Source of the DNA: Macrostomum lignano
Lineage: Eukaryota
Direction of reading: 5' to 3'
Length of the DNA stretch: 64,000 nt
Assembly (NCBI GenBank): GCA_002269645.1
Contig: NIVC01002218.1
Location: 127,520-191,519 of the forward strand
The number at the start of each line of letters is the position of its first letter. The stretch's first letter is position 1. The position numbers were made by a program, and so were the translations under genes. The notes below the pieces were generated by a model. That model worked only from the letters and a program-made list of their open reading frames with translations, did no database searches and was not told where the DNA came from. Shown here one piece after another: positions 13,801 through 25,800 of the stretch.

Positions 13801-16800
13801 TGCATTTTGAAAAAAAGTAATGAATACACTTAAACAATGATTACCTAAAATGTTTTTAAGACTTTAGGTTTAATGCCTCACAGGTCCCAAAGTTTAGTAA
13901 CTTTATATTAGGTGAAAATGCAATCAAAATTGATCAAGAATTGCAATCTCTAGATTGTTATGGACATTCATTCAAACATATAAACCTTAGAGATTTGGTA
14001 AAATTGGATTTGATATAACTTTTTTAAATATATGTTACTGCAAAAAGTGACAATTGTAAAAAAAAACAAAATAAAAAAATTTTGTTTTTTGTTTTTTATT
14101 TACTTTTATTTTAAAAGTTTTATTTATTTTATATTTGCATTCATTTTGGTTTCTTTATTCCAGTTTTTATTTATTTGGGAGTACATTTGGAAACTTTTTT
14201 TCCAAAACTAAAACATTCATATTTTTTTAAAAAGTAAGACACTTTTTAGATTCAGATTCCAAATCCAAATATTTGGATCATCACTAATCCATATATAGAA
14301 CATAGATATATAATGCTTTTTAGATATTTTTAGATTTTTTTGTATAATTATTTTTGTATACTTTTTTATTGCTATAAAATTTATTAGAATTTTTATTAGA
14401 CAAAGGTATGTTAGACAAAGGTATAAATTGGCAAAAATTAGCCTTGAATATGAGTACTAGTGCCAACACTAACAGCAATCACAAGCATAGCCATTGATAT
14501 AGTTGGGTGTCTATTAATGCTAGAGCCATATGTCAATATTGACAATGCTCAAAGTTGGTCTAGTTGGTATTAAGATAATATTTGGCCTTTTATTTGATCA
14601 TTGCTTGATCTTTTAAGCTTATCTCAACTATTTAATAAATGCCAAGGTTGGCCTTAGTGAAGCTAAGTAGCCTGATTGCAGTCACTACTTTTTTGGGTAA
14701 TAGAATAAAATTCTATGTAGATTGGCAGCTAGCCATAATATAAAAGTTGTTAAAATAAAAGGAATTATTTTTCTTAGTTACAAATAGCAATATATGATAA
14801 AAAATAAAAAGATTTGTTGTAGGGGTTACTTCTGCCCTCCAACTATCCCACTAATTGCCACCAAGCTGTTACAGGCATGTCTCCTCTTACTGAAATTATC
14901 CCACCATTATGTCACCAAGCTGTAATAGGGCTAACTTTCTACACTAATCTTTAAGTTTTCTTGTTAAGTTGGTAGCTGCCACCAAGATTATCCTATTAAT
15001 AAATTATGAGTTTATCAATCTTAGAATAATCCAAGAAATGTTTCTTAGAATTGATCTGAGTACATATCTTAGTATTTAGTCTGAGTATTTAGTCTGAGTA
15101 TTTGGTCTGTGAATTATTCTTAGAACACTATTTAGCCCTTAAAGACTTTATTCCTCTGTTATTCTGGTAGCGTTTATTCTGATTCCAGTAACGTTTACTG
15201 TACTTTCAGCCTGAGTGGTCTACTGGCTATACTAGTATATGTATTTCATGTATTTTGCAAGTCCTTGGGTGTTACTGAGATCAGAGGGTCACAGCCTCGG
15301 GTTATTCTTACACATATCACTTCAGATCTACTTCGTATTCTCTTATGACTCAATACTCCTGCTTCTCAATAAATAGTATGTACTGTATACGCTTCAGTCT
15401 ATTTCACTCTTCTGCAAATGAGTAACTCAGAAACAATCCTCAATTATATTTGCTTGGAACACTTCTTAACCTTGATAATTGCTTAACTGTGAGAGGCAAC
15501 TCGAGAGGAGGAACAAGTCTGGTTCTCTCTCAGCAAAATTCACTTCTATTTATATTATAATTTGCAACAGTTTTAAACAAAAATTAAATTGTTAAATTAT
15601 TTTCAGAAAAGGGCTTATTATAACAAAATATTTTTCTTAGTTTTTCGCGCAAATTTGAATGACAGTTTCGATGAATAAAACAGACTAATAGAACAAATAA
15701 TAAAGAATAATTGCCTGCCTCAGATTAAAAAAATAATTAAACCAAGAAATTTAGAAATTTGCAATTTTTCAAGATCATTAAAGCCTTTGATTTTTATAAA
15801 TAGAGGTAAAGCAGAAGAAATAAATGAATGTTAATAGTTTCAAAGCTTTAATAAAAGGAACTTTTAAGTTCCTATATATGCTCTAGCAATATAGATTTTC
15901 AATGCCATACAAGTATACACCTTGTATAGTAGAGTTAATAGTGGAATTAAGATGAATGTTTTTACTTTTAATGTAAAGGGTCTAAGGAAACTCTTAAGTC
16001 TTTGGAATTAAGGACTCCAGTAAGAATTTGGATATCAAATGCATGTTATATAGTTGAGGTAGCAAGGGCTACTGGCTAAGGTTAAGATGAATGCAATATT
16101 AGCTAGCCATTCTTCTTATACAATAACTTATTAAGATTTTAGTAAATGAAGGTTAAACTATTGCTATCATTCTTTACTTCATCACTTTGTTATAGTAAAT
16201 AATAAACTGTTGCCATTGATTTAACATCATTAAAGTTATAGTAAATTTTAGTAAATTAATTAGTTATGGATATAGTATATAGATTAACTATAGAAAGATT
16301 AGATATAGGGCATATAGCTATAGATAATAGATAAAGGAAAGGTATAGCAGAGCTCTAATAGACAAATAAGTTATTTCAAATATAATAGTCTCTGGTCTAT
16401 TTAAAGCCTAAAGGTGTTAAAGCTAGTAAAATTTCCAACAAATTACTTCTTAAACTATATAAACTAAGTGTGCCAACATTCCACATTGGAAATTGTGTAG
16501 GATATAAGAAATCTCTAGTATTAATTTAAGTTGAAATATAGTTGATGTGATATTTTTATTGGCATATTATACTGCCCATGATATACCTATAAGTCATATT
16601 TCAAGAAGGGATATAGTGAATATAAGCCCATTAATTTAAAAAAAGGTCAAGATTAAGAAAATGAAAAATACAATGTATTATTTATTATCAAATATGAAAT
16701 TTGTAGTACAATAAGTAGTAAAAGTTTATTTACATTAGCATGTATTTTATTAGTGAAAGTAACTTTCAACAAACAAAAAAACAAACAAATTCTTAACAAT

Positions 16801-19800
16801 CCACAAATGTATGCCAACCTATATGCTAGCAATGTTGATCAACTTTATATATGCCAATCTATATGCCAAAGCCACCCAAAATCTTGCAAATTTTGCATAC
16901 CAATTTCAACTGGAATCTCCCAGCTGTGGCTGAGCTGCTAGCTGCACATCTGCCCATTAGCGCTAATCAATTATTATTATTAAATACCCATGCTTGCATA
17001 AACTGATTGCTAGTCTAATAGTCAATTTGTGTATCTTTGTCTCGATCCATAGTCTCATATGATAATCAAATTTCGCACCTGCCCCCAGTTGGTCTCACCA
17101 GACGCCTCCTATGGCTGCCACATCTGTGCAATCCAGTCAGCATGGCTGGCAGCAGCAGCCGCCGCCTCATGGCCCGCCAATGCCGCCACACTCGTCAGGC
17201 GGCCCTCCGCCGCAGCATCCGTCTATGCCGCCGATGCCGCCAAATTCGTCTATTGGAGCAGCTGCTCCACCGTCTGCGTTTGGCCCGTTAGTTTGCTTTT
17301 TTACTTTGCATTTCTGCACTGGTTCTAAATTCATTTATCTCTATTCACAATTCACATGACTCAGAAAATTTAGTGTTCTCTATCCCAAAATCTGAAGGCC
17401 TCTCCAAAATCTAGAGGTCTCTATCCAAAATGTAGAGGTCTATACGAAATCTAGAGGTCTATACGAAATCTAGAGGTCTCTATCCAAAATCTAGAGGTCT
17501 CTATCCAAAATCTAGAGGTTTCTATCCCAAAATCTAGAGGTCTCTATCCCAAAATCTAGAGGCCTCTCCAAAATCTAGAGGTCTCTATCCGAAATCTAGA
17601 GGTCTCTATCCAAAATCTAAAGGTCCATATTCAAATCCCAGTGTTCTCTATTCCAAATCCCAGTGCTCTCTATTCCAAACCCCAGTGTTCTCTATTCCAA
17701 ATCCCAGTGTTCTCTATTCCAAACCCCAGTTTTCTTTATTCCAAATCCCAGTGTTCTCTATTCCAAATCCCAGTGTTCTCTATTCCAAATCCCAGTGTTC
17801 TCTATTCCAAATCCTAGTGTTCTCTATTCCAAATCCCAGTGCTCTCTATTCCAAACCCGTGTTCTCTATTCCAAACCCCAGTGTTCTCCATTCCAAACAC
17901 GTGTTCTCTATTCCAAACCCCAGTGTTCTCTATTCCAAACCCCAGTGTTCTCTATTCCAAACCCCAGTGTTCTTTATTCCAAATCCCAGTGTTCTCTATT
18001 CCAAACCCGTGTTCTCTATTCCAAACCACAGTGTTCTCCATTCCAAACCCCAGTGTTCTCTATTCCAAACCCCAGTGTTCTTTATTCCAAATCCCAGTGT
18101 TCTCTATTCCAAATCCCAGTGCTCTCTATTCCAAACCCCAGTGTTCTCTATTCCAAACCCCAGTGTTCTCTATTCCAAATCCCAGTGTTCTCTCTTTCAA
18201 ACTGCAGTGTTATCTATCAAATGCCAGGGAGAATTAATTGTGAATTGAATTAATTGTGTATCCTTATCAAGTTAAATAATTAAATGAAGCGAATGCAAAC
18301 AATCTTTACTAAACCAGACCGGTCGGCCACGCTAAGCCAGCTATGGGCCAGCCGCCAATGCCGCCGCAGTCGCAGCCTCAGCAACAATGGACTGGCCATC
18401 CGCCTATGTAAGCGCTCTGTGCTGTCTGTACATCTCAGCTTTGCTTTTTCAGTCTTTTATGTCGAATATCAGTATTATCTTGACCAGAATCACAGGGTGA
18501 CAGGGCCTTCTCACTTTCATATATTTATAAGTAGCCGCTAGCGGCTACTGCCATGTCATTTTTACTTAACTGTGTTACTGTAACTGATAGCGGCAGTGCA
18601 ATCTCTGCATAAGCAACTCTGTGGCAATGCCACACAAACAGGTCACTCTAAATTGCAATCTTAACAATAATTAAAGCTATTTGCTAAATTTTAGAGAAGT
18701 TGGACTCAGGAGAGGGTGCGGTGCAGATAACAGGCAGCTAGTAGCCTGGCTTGGCAAGAGTGTCTTACCCTACACATTGCAGTGAACTGTACTGCTATAG
18801 TCGCGCAGCACTTTATTTTTGATAGTTGATGCAATTTTAATTGTAAAATTTGTTCTTTAAAATAACTTGCACTCAGGCCGCCCAACTCTGGCTGGCACGG
18901 CGGTATGCAGAATGGCCAGAACGGTCAGACGCCGCCTCCGCAGCCGCCAATGCCCGGACAGCAGCATCAGTCAATGAGGCCGCCGATGCCGCCCCAGCAG
19001 ATGATGCAACCTCCAATGCCGCCAACGTCGATGCCGCCGACGTCGATGCCGCCGACGTCGATGCCACCGACTTCGATGCCACCGCCTCCGAATCTGCGAC
19101 AGCAGCAGCAGCCGACGCCGCCGCTTCACGCACAAAATCAGCCGCCGCCAATGTACAGCGGCGGAGGCGGGGGCGGCGGCCCAGGCGGCGGAATGCCGCC
19201 GCCGCCAATGCGCGGTCCGGCGCCAGGCAACCCGCCAATGATGATGCAGCAGCAGCCAAGGCCGCAAGCGTCTGTGCCTTATCCCCCAGGACCGTATCAG
19301 CCTGGCCACGGCCAGCAGCAGCAGCCGCCGCCGCCTATGATGCCGCCCAGTTCAGTTGGTCACAGGCCGCCTGGGTATGTCAAAAAAATGTTAATTCCCT
19401 CAAAAGTGATGACTAGAAATATAACATTATGTAAGGAGTAGAGCTGCACCAAATTTCGGTTCTCTCGACTCACCCGATTTCCACTTCGAGTGCGAAAGAC
19501 TTCGCATTGAAAGAGAGAAGAAAATAAGAAAAATGCCAAACTCAACAACAGGCGAGCAACATGTCGATTTCCGCGACGTCTTTTGCTTGCGGTCTCACTG
19601 CAGTTTCTTCTGCATTCTTCTGCTACATGATCTATTCTCCTTGAGACTTGAAATGTGTCGCTAAGAAACCTTTAATTGCCTTCACTTGCTCTCAGACCGC
19701 CAATGCCGCCGCCGCCGCCCGGCAGTCAGGCCGGACCTGGCGGCTCTCAATGGGCACCGCCGGCCGGGCCACCGCAGGGTTACGGAGGCTTTCCCGGACA

Positions 19801-22800
19801 GCCGCAAATGCCGCAGCAGCCGGCGCCGCCCGCCGCTAAATCGTTGGATCCGGACCAAATGCCCTCGGCTGTACAGGTAAGTAGCATTGTACAAGCTATA
19901 TTGTCTACTTTTTTTACTAAAGCTTTGCTTTAAGCAGGAAATTTTTCTCAGAGAATAGTTGCTAATGAGTTTAGCCCCCCCCCCTTATGCTAGCTTTCCT
20001 TTTAGTAATCTTCAAGTTTGCTTTTGACTTTGTTTGTTTGGCACTTCGAAATTTTTAGCTACTTATACAAAAACGTCAAGGTTTACCTCAGTCCAAGTGC
20101 CGAATAAACAAAAATTTGGCCCCCTTGGGGGGTTGGCCGTCATATGGGCCCAGCCTGTAATGCCTTTAAACTCCTCCATTATTACCAATGCGATAACCTC
20201 TGACGCTTGCAGGTGATGGAGGAGGACCGGCGCAAGAACTCCGGCCAGTACGAGACCGGACAGCAGCTGGGCCAGCCGCCGCCGCTTGTTAGCACAGATT
20301 TTGTTGCGGTCGATCGCGGCGGCTGCTCGCCCCGCTTCATCCGATCTACTCTGTACACCGTGCCCTGCACGTCCGACTTATTGAAATCCACTCACATACC
20401 TCTGGGCCTGGTTGTGTCTCCGATGGCCGAACTGGCGCCAGGCGAGGCGCCAATCTACCTGTCTGACCTGGGCGCCAGCGGCCCAGTTCGCTGTATCCGA
20501 TGCAAGGCCTACATGAGCCCCTACATGACCTGGCTAGACGGTGGCCGACGATTTCAATGCGCCCTGTGCGGCGGCACAACCGACACGCCCGAGACGTACT
20601 TTGCCCATCTGGACCACACTGGCCGCCGGATGGACACCTATCAGAGGCCCGAGCTGCACCTGGGCTCCTACGAGATGCTGGCCACTGCCGAATATTGCAA
20701 AGGCGGTATCTTGCCCGGCACGCCTGGCCTAGTGTTCATGATCGATGTCGGATATCGGGCCGTGAAATCCGGTCTAACTGCGCTTGTATGCGCTCACATC
20801 CGTGATAGGGTGCGCACTTGTTTCATTTGTCTTTAGTATATGTTTAGTTGCATCACTATATGAAATGTCCAATTCCAGAATCAACATGTCCATTTCCGAA
20901 ATCATAATTTCTTTTCCGGAATCAAAATGTCCAATTCCAGAATCAACATGTCCATTTCCGAAATCATAATTTCTTTTCCGGAATCAAAATGTCCATTTCC
21001 AAAAGCAAAATGTCCAACTCCAGAATCAACATGTCCATTTCCAAAATCAAAACGTCCATCGCTGGCATCAAAATGTATATCTTCGGAATCAACATGTCTA
21101 TCTCCGGAATCATCATGTCCATATCCGGAATCAACATGTTCATCTCCGGAATCATCATGTCCATCTCCGGAATCATCATATCCATCTCCGGAATCATCAT
21201 GTCCATCTCCGGAATCAACATGTTCATCTCCGTAATCATCATGTCCATCTCCGGAATCATCATGTCCATCTCCGGAATCATCATGTCCATCTCCGGAATC
21301 ATCATGTCCATCTCCGGAATCATCATGTCCATCTCCGGAATCATCATCATGTCCATCTCCGGAATCATCATGTCCATCTCCGGAATCATCATGTCCATCT
21401 CCGGAATCATCATCATGTCCATCTCCGGAATCATCATGTCCATCTCCGGAATCATCATGTCCATCTCCGGAATCATCATGTCCATCTCCGGAATCATCAT
21501 GTCCATCTCCGGAATCATCATCATGTCCATCGCTGGTATCAACATGTTCATCTCCGGAATCATCATGTCCATCTCCGGAATCAACATGTCCATCGCTGGT
21601 ATCAACATGTTCATCTCCGGAATCATCATGTCCATCTCCGGAATCAACATGTTCATCTCCGGAATCATCATGTCCATCTCCGGAATCATCATGTCCATCT
21701 CCGGAATCATTATGTCCATCTCCGGAATCATCATGTCCATCTTTAAATAATTCGAATGTCTCCATTCCCTAAATCAAAAGTCGCCATTCCCTGACAAAAG
21801 TCGCCATTCCCTGACAAAAGTCCCCATTCCCTGACAAAAGTCGCCATTCCCTGAATCCCTGACTCCTGCGCAGATCCTGGACCTTCTGCCGCGCGAAGAA
21901 GGCCAAGAAGATTCGCCCAGCGCGCTGCGCGTTGGATTCGCCACCTACGATCGAGTGATCCACTACTACAACCTGAGCCCGGGCCTGTCACAGCCCCAGA
22001 TGCTGCTAGTGACCGATCTCGAAGACGTGTTTGTGCCTCTAGTTGACGGTTTCTTAGTCGATCCGAGCGAGTCCGAGTCTCAAATCGGCCAGCTGCTCGA
22101 GGCCATCCCGCAGCTATTCAAGGACACGGCCGAGACCGAGTCGATTCTTGGCCCAGTAATCGAGAGCGGTATCGACGCGTTCAAATCGGCCCAGTGCCCG
22201 GGCAAACTGATCGTGTTCCACACCGGATTGCCGACTGCCGAGGCGCCTGGCAAGTTGAAGAATCGCGACGACAGAAAATTGCTCGGCTCGGACAAAGAAA
22301 AGACTCTGTTGAGTCCGGCTTCCGACTATTATACTCAGCTGGGACAGCGCTGTGTTGAGGCTGGGGTCGGAGTTGATTTGTTTGTCTGCTGCGACTCCTA
22401 CGTTGATTTGGCTAGCATTGGCCAGGTGCCATTTGTCACTGGCGGCTCGTTGTACAAGTACACCTACTTCCAGGTGCGTCCGCTTGCTTAAAGTTTTATC
22501 TTAACACTCATGGGGCTATTTACAATACAATGCAACCAGTGAAGGAAGGTGTTTATTAATCAAGAGTGGCCGTTTATGAGGCTGTTTATTTAGTCCATTG
22601 GGCAATTCATCATGTCATGGAGGCTGTTTATTCAGCCAAGAAGGGTATTTATGTTTTGAAGTAGGCTGTTCATGTATTCAATGAAACTGTTTATTAGCAA
22701 ATGGACAATTTATCAAGTCATGGAGGCTGTTTATGTACTCGTAGTTAAGGCGGCTGCTTATGTAGTTATGAAGCCAATGAGGCTGCTAATGTACATGCAG

Positions 22801-25800
22801 TCAAGTAGGCTATTTACATGTGCAGTCAATTAGGCTATTTACATTTGCAGTCAAGTAGGCTATTTACATGTGCAGTCAGAGAGGCTATTTACATGTGCAG
22901 TCAGGGAGGCTATTTACATGTGAAGTCAGGGAGGCTATTTACATGTGCAGTCAGAGAGGCTATTTACATGTGAAGTCAGGGAGGCTATTTACATGTGCAG
23001 TCAGGGAGGCTATTTACATGTGCAGTCAGGGAGGCTATTTACATGTGCAGTCAGGGAGGCTATTTACATGTGCCGTCAGGGAGGCTATTTACATGTGAAG
23101 TCAGGGAGGCTATTTACATGTGCAGTCAAGTAGGCTATTTACATGTGCAGTCAGAGAGGCTATTTACATGTGCAGTCAGGGAGGCTATATTTGTAGTCAG
23201 GTAGTAGCACAGCCTGCCCGCTCTCCTCTCCCCAAATCCCAGGCCAGCACCCAGGGCCGCCAGCTGTCCCTGGACATGGAGCGCGCTGTCCAATCCAGCC
23301 GGGCTTTCGACTGCGTCATGCGCGTCAGAACTAGCGCCGGCACTCGGCCAGTTGATTTTTACGGCGGCATGTACATGGCCAACACTACGGACGTTGAGAC
23401 TGGCGTATTCGGCTCTGACAAAGCCGTAGCGCTCGAGATTAAACACGACGACAAACTGGCCGAAGGTGAATCGGTGCTCATCCAGTGCGCTCTGCTCTAC
23501 ACCGGCATCGGTGGTCAGCGCCGGCTTCGAATTCACAATCTGGCCCTGGCAACTAGCGCCCAGATGCCCGACGTGTTCCGCTCCGCTGAACTGGACGCCC
23601 TAATCAACCTGTTGGCTAAATCGTCTCTTCATCAGTTGTTAAAACGCGGGCCTAAAGAGGTGCGCGAATCGTTAATTAGCCGCTGCTCAAACATTCTGGC
23701 GGCTTATAGGAAGAATTGCGCCAGCAATACCGGGCCTGGTCAGCTGATTCTACCCGAGCTGATGAAACTGCTGCCGCTCTATATCAATGCTATCATCAAG
23801 AATGACGCCTTCCAGACTGGTGAGTGTTTGACCGGCTTGCTGCTATCCAGCCACCTCTGAGTCCTTGACCGGCTTGCTGCTATCCAGCCACCTCTGAGTC
23901 CTTAGCGGGTTGCTGCTATCCAGCCACCTCTGAGTCCTTGAGCGCCACCTCTGAGTCCTTGACCGGGTTGCTGCTATCCAGCCACCTCTGAGTCCTTAGC
24001 GGGTTGCTGCTATCCAGCCACCTCTGAGTCCTTAGCGGGTTGCTGCTATCCAGCCACCTCTGAGTCCTTGAGCGCCACCTCTGAGTCCTTGACCGGGTTG
24101 CTGCTATCCAGCCACCTCTGAGTCCTTGAGCGCCACCTCTGAGTCCTTGACCGGGTTGCTGCTATCCAGCCACCTCTGAGTCCTTGAGCGCCACCTCTGA
24201 GTCCTTGAGCGGGTTGCTGTTATCCAGCCACCTCTGAGTCCTTACCGGGTTGCTGTTATCCAGCCACCTCTGAGTCCTTACGGCAGCGTACACTAAACAT
24301 TAGCTACATTGTTACGAAATCATTTATTAAACGGATCAATTGGCACACATTATGTGAATTTTATTGCAAAATTACTAAAAATTTAAGGCTTCTGCGCCGC
24401 CTTCATGCCAGAGATTTGCCACCCATCCGGTGGAATTGGTAAATGGCGGATTATTTTTGTAACTAAGCGTATTTATTGTCTATAGTTAATAGGATGGTAA
24501 AGGTACTTCACTGCCCAATTATTGGCTAACTTTAACTCGACTCTTAAAGACGAAAATTCTAACTCTACATGCACAGTATGGTGTTGGATTGCCTTATTTA
24601 ATAAAACTAGCTAAATGGTCTGGTGTTTTTACTCGTACTTATCGCGCTACTGTCAGTAGGCTAAAATGACAATCATTATTTATTGTGCACAAAACAATCA
24701 CCCGGGCAGGCTCGGATGTATCTACTGACGATAGATCCTACCTGATGTACCTGTGCGAGAGCATGGACGTCTTAGCCTCGAATGTGTTCTTCTATCCGCG
24801 CCTGATGCCGCTGCACGATCTGCCACCAGACTCTCCGGATAGTGAGCAGCCGACTCTGCCAGCGTTTATTCGCTGCTCCGTTGAACGTCTGAATCAGCGC
24901 GGCGTCTACCTGCTCGGTGAGTGGTCTGCGACACAATTGTTGTTTTTGCACAACTAGGGTCAACTGGCAGGCGCGTCGCCACCGGGGGGGGGGACATGCC
25001 AATGCTTCCCCACCACCCCATCTTGGGACCCGTTGTGGTAATCAAAATAATTTTTCTTCAGGGCGCCAAAATATAGTGCCTGTGGCGCTAAAATGAGTGC
25101 CTGTGGCGCTAAAATGAGTGCCTGTGGCGCTAAAATGAGTGCCTGTGGCGCTAAAATGAGTGCCTGAGGCGCTAAAATAGTGCCTGCGGTGCTAAAATGA
25201 GTGCCTGCGGTGCTAAAATGAGTGCCTGCGGTGCTAAAATGAGTGCCTGCGGTGCTAAAATGAGTGCCTGTGGTGCTAAAATGAGTGCCTGTGGCGCTAA
25301 AATGAGTGCCTGTGGCGCTAAAATGAGTGCCTGAGGCGCTAAAATAGTGCCTGCGGTGCTAAAATGAGTGCCTGCGGTGCTAAAATGAGTGCCTGCGGTG
25401 CTAAAATGAGTGCCTGTGGTGCTAAAATGAGTGCCTGTGGCGCTAAAATGAGTGCCTGTGGCGCTAAAATAGTGCCTGCGGTGCTAAAATGAGTGCCTGC
25501 GGTGCTAAAATGAGTGCCTGCGGTGCTAAAATGAGTGCCTGTGGCGCTAAAATAGTGCCTGCGGTGCTAAAATGAGTGCCTGTGGCGCTAAAATGAGTGC
25601 CTGCGGTGCTAAAATGAGTGCCTGTGGTGCTAAAATGAGTGTCTGTGGCGCTAAAATGAGTGCCTGTGGCGCTAAAATGAGTGCCTGTGGCGCTAAAATA
25701 GTGCCTGCGGTGCTAAAATGAGTGCCTGTGGCGCTAAAATGAGTGCCTGCGGTGCTAAAATGAGTGCCTGTGGCGCTAAAATAGTGCCTGCGGTGCTAAA